In this document: positions 58,347-64,000 of the stretch, piece by piece
Numbering within the stretch: the first letter of the stretch is position 1
How the letters are laid out: every line of letters begins with the position of its first letter
From: a virus
Direction: 5' to 3' (one strand)
DNA: 64,000 nucleotides
IMG/VR virus record: IMGVR_UViG_3300042868_005134
Span: 303,636-367,635 of that record
The notes under the pieces: model-generated
Told to the model about the DNA's origin: nothing
The model's input: the letters and a program-made list of their open reading frames with translations, nothing else
The model's database searches: none
Program-made: the position numbers and the translations under genes

Positions 58347-58523
58347 ATAAATATTTTTGTGAAAACTTACGATCACTTAACACCGCAAGGATTACAGTTT
58401 CACCTTTGTTTGTACCAAGGTGTGTGCTGTGTTATGGTACACGATATATACGACAACACCTACTTCGAATTACAATACTTCACTGACGTTAACAAAGCAC
58501 TTCGCTTTGTCAACAATTTATAA

Positions 58524-58600
58524 TGGTACCCCTTGTCTGATTCGAACAGACAGCCAACTCCTTTTGAGAGAATCCGCACTACCAATTAGCGTAAAGGGGC
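58524..58600 (-). tRNA. tRNA with anticodon CAA (nominally Leu), class-I shape. It is member 2 of the family.
   Basis: It begins GCCCCTTTACGCTAATTGGTAGTGCGG. The anticodon arm is ATTCT-CTCAAAA-GGAGT. The stem changes are compensatory relative to member 1. Confidence 0.55.
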
Positions 58601-58603
58601 ATA

Positions 58604-58680
58604 TGGTACCTTCGGGCGGGTTCGAACCCCCAACCAACAGTTTCTAAAACTATCCGCACTCCCAATTAGCGTACGAAGGC
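58604..58680 (-). tRNA. tRNA with anticodon UAG (nominally Leu), class-I shape. It is member 3 of the family.
   Basis: It begins GCCTTCGTACGCTAATTGGGAGTGCGG. The anticodon arm is ATAGT-TTTAGAA-ACTGT. Confidence 0.55.
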
Positions 58681-58691
58681 ATTTAAATTTT

Positions 58692-58766
58692 TGGTAGTCG
58701 ATGCTGGGTTCGAACCAGCGACCTACACGATGTCAACGTGGTGCTCTACCACTGAGCTAATCGACT
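58692..58766 (-). tRNA. tRNA-Val (GAC)
   Basis: The D-arm is GCTC-AGTGGTA-GAGC. The anticodon loop is TTGACAT. The acceptor stem is AGTCGAT/ATCGACT. Confidence 0.65.
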
Positions 58767-58767
58767 A

Positions 58768-58842
58768 TGGTACCCTTGGACAGTTTCGAAATGTCGACCC
58801 TCGCCTTATCAAGACGATGCTCTTCCTCTGAGCTACAAGGGC
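58768..58842 (-). tRNA. tRNA-Ile (GAU)
   Basis: The anticodon arm is TCGTC-TTGATAA-GGCGA. The T-loop is unusual (TTTCGAAAC). Confidence 0.6.
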
Positions 58843-58854
58843 ATAAACTACTTA

Positions 58855-58927
58855 GGGGTGACTATCGGGGCTCGAACCCGAACTACCAGAGTCACAGTCT
58901 AGGTTGCTACCATTACAACATAGCCAC
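58855..58927 (-). tRNA. tRNA-His (GUG). It lacks an encoded G-1 and has CCT in place of the terminal CCA.
   Basis: The acceptor stem is GTGGCTA/TAGTCAC and the discriminator is C73. The D-arm is TTG-TAATGGTAG-CAA. The anticodon arm is CTAGA-CTGTGAC-TCTGG and the T-arm is TCGGG-TTCGAGC-CCCGA. Confidence 0.5.
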
Positions 58928-58939
58928 ACCTAAATAGTC

Positions 58940-59013
58940 TGGTCCTCTCGACAAGAATCGAACTTGTAATGGCCGGTTATCAGCCGACTGTTATACCATT
59001 TAACTACAAGAGG
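58940..59013 (-). tRNA. tRNA with anticodon GAU (a second Ile-type)
   Basis: It has a C1-G72 pair. The D-arm is GTTA-AATGGTA-TAAC. The anticodon arm is GTCGG-CTGATAA-CCGGC. Confidence 0.55.
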
Positions 59014-59016
59014 AAT

Positions 59017-59087
59017 AAAAACAGGATAGCATTTTTTGGCTTTTTTTACAGAAAAGATTTTTTTGATTTGCTGTTGCTATCCTAAAC
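59017..59087. repeat. Copy 1 of a tRNA-flanking hairpin repeat (AAAACAGGATAGCA ... TGCTATCCTAAA)
   Basis: A 9-bp inverted repeat (AGGATAGCA/TGCTATCCT) encloses a ~45-nt A/T-rich loop. It directly abuts a tRNA 3' end. Confidence 0.6.
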
Positions 59088-59177
59088 TGGCAGTGAGTAA
59101 GGGATTCGAACCCTTGGGCCCCTAGCGGAGCCGACAGTTTAGCAAACTATTGGGTTAAGCCACTCCCCCAACTCACT
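59088..59177 (-). tRNA. tRNA-Ser (GCU), class II (second copy)
   Basis: It is 90 nt. The acceptor stem is AGTGAGT/ACTCACT. It has a 3-bp D-stem. The anticodon arm is ATAGT-TTGCTAA-ACTGT, and the variable arm is 18 nt. Confidence 0.6.
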
Positions 59178-59339
59178 ATATAGGTTTTCCCGGCGACCAA
59201 CTATCTTTCTTAAGGACTCGCTGGCTTGTCTCGTGTGAAAGAGTTTATACAGACCTTGTACAATTCTACTGGCGTGTCATGCTCAAGAAATAGGGCACTA
59301 GAATACAAGGGACTCATCTCAACGTCTAGCTGGGAAACT

Positions 59340-59431
59340 TGGCGGAAGACGGAGGAGTCGAACCCCATCCCATTTCTGAGAACCCAGTTTTCAAGGCTGG
59401 TCGGCGCACCAACGCACCTGCATCATCTTCC
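59340..59431 (-). tRNA. tRNA-Ser (UGA), class II
   Basis: It is 92 nt. The anticodon loop is CTTGAAA inside CCAGC...ACTGG. The acceptor stem is GGAAGAT/GTCTTCC. Confidence 0.55.
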
Positions 59432-59437
59432 ATAACT

Positions 59438-59512
59438 TGGTGCTCCCTCACGGACTCGAACCGCAATAACCGGACTACAAAACCGGTATAATAGCCTTTA
59501 TATTAAAGGAGC
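59438..59512 (-). tRNA. tRNA-like gene with an apparent 9-nt anticodon loop (TTTTGTAGT). Its identity is undetermined.
   Basis: It has good acceptor (GCTCCTT/AGGGAGC, A73, CCA) and T-arms. The anticodon stem is ACCGG/CCGGT with a 9-nt loop. Confidence 0.4.
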
Positions 59513-59517
59513 AAATT

Positions 59518-59592
59518 TGGCGCCCACATATGGAATCGAACCACAATCCCCGGTTTCGTAAACCAGTATATTATCCATTATACTATGCGGGC
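59518..59592 (-). tRNA. tRNA-Arg (ACG)
   Basis: The anticodon arm is CTGGT-TTACGAA-ACCGG. The acceptor stem is GCCCGCA/TGTGGGC. Confidence 0.7.
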
Positions 59593-59597
59593 AAATT

Positions 59598-59672
59598 TGG
59601 TGGTAATAGTAGGATTTGAACCTACACCTTGCTCCGTATGAAGGAGGTGCACTACCGTTATGCTATATTACC
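59598..59672 (-). tRNA. tRNA-Met (elongator) or tRNA-Ile2 (CAU)
   Basis: The anticodon loop is TTCATAC in stem CTCC/GGAG. The acceptor stem is GGTAATA/TATTACC. Confidence 0.6.
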
Positions 59673-59767
59673 ATATAGAAACACACTAGAGTTTTACGAT
59701 AAACTACGCTCCTGAGTTTCTGCCCAAGAGCTCATAGGTCTGCCTATGTTTCTAATGTGTTTTTATA

Positions 59768-59842
59768 TGGTAGGGGCACAGGGAATCGAACCCTGATAGA
59801 CCGGTTAAAAGCCGGATATTCTAGCCGTTGAATTATACCCCC
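59768..59842 (-). tRNA. tRNA-Lys (UUU)
   Basis: The anticodon arm is CCGG-CTTTTAA-CCGG. The acceptor stem is GGGGGTA. Confidence 0.65.
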
Positions 59843-59845
59843 ATA

Positions 59846-59921
59846 TGGTCCACAGCGTCAGATTCGAACTGACACCTCATCGGTTAAGAGCCGAGTACGC
59901 TACCGTTAACGCCAGCTGTGG
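59846..59921 (-). tRNA. tRNA-Lys (CUU)
   Basis: The anticodon loop is CTCTTAA. The acceptor stem is CCACAGC/GCTGTGG. The T-arm is GTCAG-TTCGAAT-CTGAC. Confidence 0.55.
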
Positions 59922-60150
59922 ATGGATCGTAAATATTTTCTTTTACGTGCCATCCAGGACCATACGGGATCCGGGATGACACTACAGTTTACCTGTACGT
60001 TTCATGTCATTCTCCTTTGTTGATATTTCTCTTTTGTGCTTGGCGTTCTGATTTCCAGAACACTCGTTTCCAATCTTTCAAATGCTTCCACCATTGTGGA
60101 GGCGCAGTTAGGTTACCTTTTTTGACATTTGCCATAGGATTTCCTTTATA

Positions 60151-60213
60151 AAACAGGATGCTTATTTTTCAATTAAAAGTTGAATTTTTGAATTTGCTGT
60201 TCGCATCCTAAAA
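60151..60213. repeat. Copy 2 of the tRNA-flanking hairpin repeat
   Basis: It reads AAACAGGATGC ... TTAAAAGTTGAATTTTTGAATTTGCTGTTCGCATCCTAAAA. Its stem is AGGATGC/GCATCCT. Confidence 0.55.
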
Positions 60214-60289
60214 TGGTACACCCTGTTGGAATCGAACCAACTTCAACGGCTCTTCAGACCGCCGCTATGACCACATCAGCTAAAGGTGC
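60214..60289 (-). tRNA. tRNA-Phe (GAA)
   Basis: The anticodon arm is GCGGT-CTGAAGA-GCCGT. The T-arm is GTTGG-TTCGATT-CCAAC. Confidence 0.65.
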
Positions 60290-60297
60290 ATTATACT

Positions 60298-60373
60298 TGG
60301 TCTCCCTACCAGGATTCGAACCTGGACCACACGGCCCCAAACCGTGTACGCAACCTGATAACGCTTTAGAGAG
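60298..60373 (-). tRNA. tRNA-Pro (UGG) (second copy)
   Basis: It has a C1-G72 pair. The anticodon arm is CACGG-TTTGGGG-CCGTG. The T-arm is CCAGG-TTCGAAT-CCTGG. Confidence 0.65.
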
Positions 60374-60380
60374 ATAAAAT

Positions 60381-60455
60381 TGGTGGAGGCCGAGGGAATC
60401 GAACCCTTCTAGTCACGATGCTTGCAAGGCAACGCCGTAGCCCACTACTGCCCCC
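60381..60455 (-). tRNA. tRNA with anticodon UGC (Ala-type). The D-arm is atypical.
   Basis: The acceptor stem is GGGGGCA. The anticodon arm is GTTGC-CTTGCAA-GCATC. The D-arm is very short. Confidence 0.45.
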
Positions 60456-60524
60456 AATTACAAAGCATACTATTCTAACTCGTCAAAAGAGTCTGCGTTA
60501 TACGTCTTTAGTATACTTTGTAAT

Positions 60525-60602
60525 TGGCTGTCCGACTAGGGATCGAACCTAGCTCATTCTTCGTTAACAGCGAAGCGCCTACACCATGCTTGCTCTCGGA
60601 CA
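60525..60602 (-). tRNA. tRNA-Asn (GUU) (second copy)
   Basis: The anticodon arm is CTTCG-CTGTTAA-CGAAG. The acceptor stem is TGTCCGA/TCGGACA. Confidence 0.6.
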
Positions 60603-60609
60603 ATAAAAT

Positions 60610-60685
60610 TGGCGCCATGGACGGGACTCGAACCCGCCTGGTACGGATAGACAATCCGCTGCCCTACCCCGAGGACTACCATGGC
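60610..60685 (-). tRNA. tRNA-Asp (GUC) (second copy)
   Basis: It has a perfect acceptor stem (GCCATGG/CCATGGC). The anticodon arm is GCGGA-TTGTCTA-TCCGT. Confidence 0.65.
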
Positions 60686-60689
60686 ATGT

Positions 60690-60764
60690 TGGTATCGCGT
60701 ACGGGGATCGAACCCGCCTGAGTAAGTTGAAAGCCTACGGACCTCACCAGAAGTCAAACGCGAT
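60690..60764 (-). tRNA. tRNA-Glu (UUC) (second copy)
   Basis: The anticodon arm is GTAGG-CTTTCAA-CTTAC. The acceptor stem is ATCGCGT/ACGCGAT. Confidence 0.6.
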
Positions 60765-60770
60765 GTAATA

Positions 60771-60826
60771 AAACAGGATAGCATCTTTTTTCCATTAAAA
60801 GTGAAATTAGAATTTTTGCTGTTGCT
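60771..60826. repeat. Copy 3 of the tRNA-flanking hairpin repeat
   Basis: It reads AAACAGGATAGCA ... TTAAAAGTGAAATTAGAATTTTTGCTGTTGCTATCCTAAAA. Confidence 0.55.
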
Positions 60827-60914
60827 ATCCTAAAATTGGTGGAGGCTGATGGAATCGAACCACTTGACAGCCACCCTGCTTAATATGTCTACCGGGTTAC
60901 AGCCGGCAACAGGG
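60827..60914 (-). tRNA. Class-II-length tRNA-like gene (88 nt). It contains a GUA (Tyr-type) hairpin, but the fold is non-canonical.
   Basis: The acceptor stem is GGAGGTT/AGCCTCC and the T-loop is TTCGATT. There is a hairpin GCCGG-CTGTAAC-CCGGT. The D-region and variable region do not fit the standard model. Confidence 0.35.
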
Positions 60915-61894
60915 AACAACCTCCAATTTGTTAACACACTCACGACCGGTAATTACCAATCCATAAGCAAACTATGTTCACTTATAAAGAATGTGTATAT
61001 TAAAAGCCACTAGCAGGAAGAACTATGTTCCACTAGCCTCCAAGGACTAGCCCAACACCAATTGCTTTTAATATGACAGATTTTTCGCTCTAGAAGAAGA
61101 GTTTCATCCTTGCCACCGCCCGTTTGCCCATGTTTTAAGTGCGGGCCAGGACCTCGTTTCCTGTATGTTCACACTTTGCGGTCTACAACTGCCCTTGAGC
61201 AATCTCGCGCTTTCCAACAGCTTTGTGGTATAGTTTAGCTCTTGCTAACTTGTTCACAATCAATTGCTTGAACTGTTCTTTAGTTAACTCGTACTGCCTA
61301 GTCCACTCTGCTTCTTTAATCTTTTTTTCTATCATTCTTCTTGCGAAAAACAAAAAACCCCAGGAGTGTTAATCCTAGGGTCCTTGGAGTGAGCGTGTAA
61401 TTTGTGTTACACAATGTCCTCCCGGACCCTTGAAATCTCTGGTGTACGATCATATGATAGACTTCCGCCATTAATCGATAACCAAGCGCAGGCTATTACA
61501 CCTGCCTGTTTGGGCATCGTATTAAACAGTTGATGTCTATTGGACAATTGCATTTTGTTTCTCTTTAAAACCTTGTTTACTTAAACAGCACCATTGCTGT
61601 CTATGTGTTAATTATAACGCCTTTCAGCGTCCCTGTCAACAACTTTTGGAATCTTTCTTTGTTGTATTTTTACAACACTCGCAGACTACATTGTTTGCTA
61701 ACTTGTTTCTATTGTACTACTAATTAGTCTCTGTGTCAACAACTTTTTGTCTTTTTGGACAAATTGTTTTAACAGCGAATCTTTAACAGTCTTTCTATTG
61801 TATGTTTATTTAGTCTCTTTGTCAAGAGCCATATGATAATGTGGCATTTTTACAACAAAATAAAAAAGCCACATCGTTATTTAAAATGAACAGT

Positions 61895-62932
61895 CTAGAT
61901 TACATGTTTAGTTACCATAATTTCGTCAACTGTTAGACACTGTGATCGTCTACATATAGTTGGAATTGTGTTGAAAACTATTTCATCGTTGAACACATTG
62001 CCAATCTTGCCATCGTTCTTACAAATGCCAAAGTGCATGTCGCCGTTGGCATCTATAGCAAGTTTTTTCATTCCTACATTACAACTCCAGCCTTTGAACT
62101 TGTTTAAGTCTTTCATTATAATAGAGTATGCACTTGCCTGTGTAGTTTTAATTATGCCATCTTCTTCTACAGTTAAGTTTATCTTAAAATTTTTTCGATT
62201 GTTAGTGGGTGCTGCGTTTTTACGCTCATCCTCTATTGATTTAATAATAGCTTTTTCGTCTTCGGAAAAATAATCAAGAGTTAAATCAGACTTTTGTGTG
62301 TAATCTTCAAGGTGTCTACTTGTTTGGAATGGCAAATTAATGTGCTGGGTAGTAGTGTTTACTAATGGGAATATAATAAGTTTGTTAATGCCAATCGAGT
62401 GCGGTTTTAACTTTTCTTCTAACACATTCACTCTATCGAACAGCGTAGGCACCAGCATGGCCCGTACTTCAACTTTGCCGCCATTTTCTTTTAGACGCAC
62501 TGCAAGATTAACAAATTTTTCAATATCTGCGGTTTCTGGATGAAAACTAAGAAATATGTTAACAGATTTTAAAGCTTCGCTACAACGCTCGTACATCTTT
62601 GCGGGCATACTACCATTAGTAAAAATAAAAATCTTAAACTTGTGTTCTACTAATCGTTGTAAGAATAACTCAAAATTTGGTATGAGAAAAGGTTCGCCGC
62701 CAGTTAGTACTACTAACACAGTTTTATCTTCCGGCACTGCTGCCTTTATCTTGTCCGATACTGCCATTAAGTCTTCGACTTTTGGCATTGTGTTAACATC
62801 TATAGTTCTGTGATTGTAAGGCTCGCAATAAGAACAGTCGTAATTACACATATCAAGTGGCTTCCAATGTACAATGTAATCAGTTAACCAATTGTCTTTT
62901 TCAATTCTTAGGAGATTCATATTTTGTAGCAT
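61895..62932 (-). CDS. Radical SAM enzyme with a Cys-rich C-terminal (SPASM/twitch-like) extension. The likely start is the ATG at 62932; the ORF track shows a GTG at 62956.
   Basis: It has the CxxxCxxC motif 'CNYDCSYC' near the N-terminus. The C-terminus has 'WSCNVG...ICKNDG...ICRRSQC'. Confidence 0.6.
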   Translation of the reverse strand: MLQNMNLLRIEKDNWLTDYIVHWKPLDMCNYDCSYCEPYNHRTIDVNTMPKVEDLMAVSDKIKAAVPEDKTVLVVLTGGEPFLIPNFELFLQRLVEHKFKIFIFTNGSMPAKMYERCSEALKSVNIFLSFHPETADIEKFVNLAVRLKENGGKVEVRAMLVPTLFDRVNVLEEKLKPHSIGINKLIIFPLVNTTTQHINLPFQTSRHLEDYTQKSDLTLDYFSEDEKAIIKSIEDERKNAAPTNNRKNFKINLTVEEDGIIKTTQASAYSIIMKDLNKFKGWSCNVGMKKLAIDANGDMHFGICKNDGKIGNVFNDEIVFNTIPTICRRSQCLTVDEIMVTKHVI

Positions 62933-62937
62933 AAAAA

Positions 62938-62968
62938 ACAATGTGGCCGAAGCCACATTGTTTATAAA
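62938..62968 (-). terminator. Intrinsic terminator hairpin with a UUCG tetraloop
   Basis: The minus-sense sequence is AACAATGTGGC-TTCG-GCCACATTGTT followed by TTTTTTATG. It lies between the stop of the gene at 62980 and the ATG of the radical SAM gene. Confidence 0.55.
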
Positions 62969-62979
62969 TCAATTTGTGT

Positions 62980-63573
62980 TTAGATTGATTCAATCCAATC
63001 TGGTATGTGATTTAAAACGTTCTTGTTAATTCCTAACAGTTCGTTAACTTCATTGGGCAGTACAGGAACTTCCATCATTTCAGGATGCCACACTAAACCC
63101 CAGATTGGTTTAGTCTTATGTTTAAACCCTTCGATGTTGCCATCTAAGTCTACTGCAATTGCGTCATAATCAGTACCTACAGTAACAATGTTAGAACCGT
63201 GGAAGCTATTAACTAACACATTATGTCCTTCCATTGTTACTACATGTTCTGTTCCTCTATGATTTTCAATATCATCACACACTGCTCCAGATATCTCTGC
63301 TAGAAAAAATGCCCCATGACAAATACCAAGAATAGGAATATTGTGTTCTATAGCATAGTTATATAACTTTAACTCAGTGTACAAACGTGTCATACTAGAA
63401 TTCCCGCCACTTAATATTAACATATCAAATTCGTAAATCTTACCAGTATCCACATTTGGTATGGGCATAACATCATGTTTCTTCAAGAAGGTATGCCATA
63501 CATGACTTAAACAATCATGTGTGAGACCGCTGTTTCCAACAATCTCTTCACGTTGACTAATTGCAATTTTCAA
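62980..63573 (-). CDS. Class I glutamine-amidotransferase-like protein
   Basis: It has 'ILGICHGAFFL' as the nucleophile-elbow Cys and a downstream His. Its length is 197 aa. Confidence 0.55.
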   Translation of the reverse strand: MKIAISQREEIVGNSGLTHDCLSHVWHTFLKKHDVMPIPNVDTGKIYEFDMLILSGGNSSMTRLYTELKLYNYAIEHNIPILGICHGAFFLAEISGAVCDDIENHRGTEHVVTMEGHNVLVNSFHGSNIVTVGTDYDAIAVDLDGNIEGFKHKTKPIWGLVWHPEMMEVPVLPNEVNELLGINKNVLNHIPDWIESI

Positions 63574-63574
63574 C

Positions 63575-63973
63575 TTATACCTGCTCTTGTGTTAACGGGC
63601 GAGTAGTTTTGCCATAAGCAGCTTCGATCATTTCACGAGTGCCTGGTAATTCCACTGTACCTTTACAGTTAACTTCGAACAAATCTAAACGCATCTGTTT
63701 TGCCAACTCAACTACGCGAGCTTGCTTTTCAGGTGTGTCACAGATTTGTAAAAGTTTACGACGTCCCATCTTGCTATGAAATTTTTCATCACGAGCAATC
63801 TTAGCATAAGTGGTTGCAATGAAAGAATCTTCAACACAAGTTGCCATCATGGCCCAGTTACGTGCAGCACGGCCTTCGCCGATCAACTGATATAACGCCA
63901 TGGCTAATTCGTCTGTGTCGCAATTATATTCTGTAAGAATCTTTGCGCCACGAATTGCTTTGTTATTTGCCAT
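63575..63973 (-). CDS. Hypothetical protein (132 aa)
   Basis: The ORF is tightly coupled to the downstream gene by a 1-nt gap. Confidence 0.45.
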   Translation of the reverse strand: MANNKAIRGAKILTEYNCDTDELAMALYQLIGEGRAARNWAMMATCVEDSFIATTYAKIARDEKFHSKMGRRKLLQICDTPEKQARVVELAKQMRLDLFEVNCKGTVELPGTREMIEAAYGKTTRPLTQEQV

Positions 63974-64000
63974 GTCAAACTCAACTGCTGCAGCAACATC

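Noticed and set aside
58440-58480. Plus-strand TTCGAAT motif suggesting a plus-strand tRNA
   Set aside because: There are no flanking T-stem or acceptor complements. It is a chance occurrence.
60123-60160. Sigma70-like promoter (TTGACA-17/19-TTTATAAAA) on the plus strand
   Set aside because: It would drive transcription antisense to the tRNA genes and it lies inside repeat copy 2. It may be a chance match in AT-rich DNA.
51971-60784. ORF-track entries overlapping tRNA genes (for example 52135–52476, 54681–55124, 55215–55418, 58265–58486, 60524–60721)
   Set aside because: They are read through stop-free, GC-richer tRNA sequence on either strand and have no RBS. The region is explained by tRNA genes.
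59017-60826. Possibility that the repeated hairpin elements form a CRISPR array
   Set aside because: The repeats are about 60–70 nt long-loop hairpins separated by kilobases of tRNA genes. They are not short, regularly spaced direct repeats with spacers.
63976-64000. Partial minus-strand CDS at the window's right edge
   Set aside because: Only about 8 codons are visible, ending TGA 1 nt before the next ATG. That is too little sequence to call.

Overview
This window looks like part of a large virulent dsDNA phage (probably a jumbo, myovirus-like phage). It is AT-rich and densely coded, and almost everything is transcribed on the minus strand.

- **Bases 1–20.8 kb: tail-fibre module.** Six genes on the minus strand. 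Four are giant fibre/adhesin proteins (2588, 1412, 1296 and 1065 aa) and a fifth fibre gene is truncated at the window start. They share an N-terminal motif and a repeated 'WxFxxDGxLTFPDxTVQTTAY' unit. The 1412-aa protein has a collagen-like Gly-X-Y tract. A membrane fatty-acid desaturase (three His boxes) sits between two of the fibre genes.
- **Bases 20.8–51.5 kb: accessory and metabolic genes.**
  - Repair and nucleic-acid enzymes: UV-damage endonuclease UvdE, an ATP-dependent DNA ligase (KxDG motif), a PNK-like P-loop kinase next to a calcineurin-like phosphoesterase, a dual-specificity phosphatase, and a GIY-YIG-like protein.
  - Metabolic and translation genes: an IscA/ErpA Fe-S carrier, a QueD/PTPS homologue, translation initiation factor IF-1, and two paralogous small SAM methyltransferases.
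  - Membrane and proteolysis genes: a BI-1/YccA-family membrane protein, ClpP, an SPFH/stomatin lipoprotein, and three paralogous HExxH proteins.
  - Other features: a 6.7-kb island of candidate modification enzymes, and an AAA+ ATPase next to a vWA protein that may be Ro60/TROVE-like.
- **Bases 51.9–60.9 kb: tRNA region.** Two blocks of minus-strand tRNA genes, about 45 with a canonical cloverleaf and about 6 aberrant tRNA-like elements. Together they cover all 20 amino acids plus an initiator-like tRNA. Inside the array sit an RNA polymerase omega (rpoZ) homologue and a B12-binding radical-SAM gene with a nitroreductase-fold partner.
- **Bases 60.9–64.0 kb: leader and downstream operon.** A ~1-kb noncoding leader with direct repeats precedes a radical-SAM(SPASM) / glutamine-amidotransferase / unknown operon.

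All tRNA anticodons and folds were assigned by eye without a tRNA-finding program. Product calls rest on recognisable sequence motifs rather than database searches. They should be treated as hypotheses where noted.
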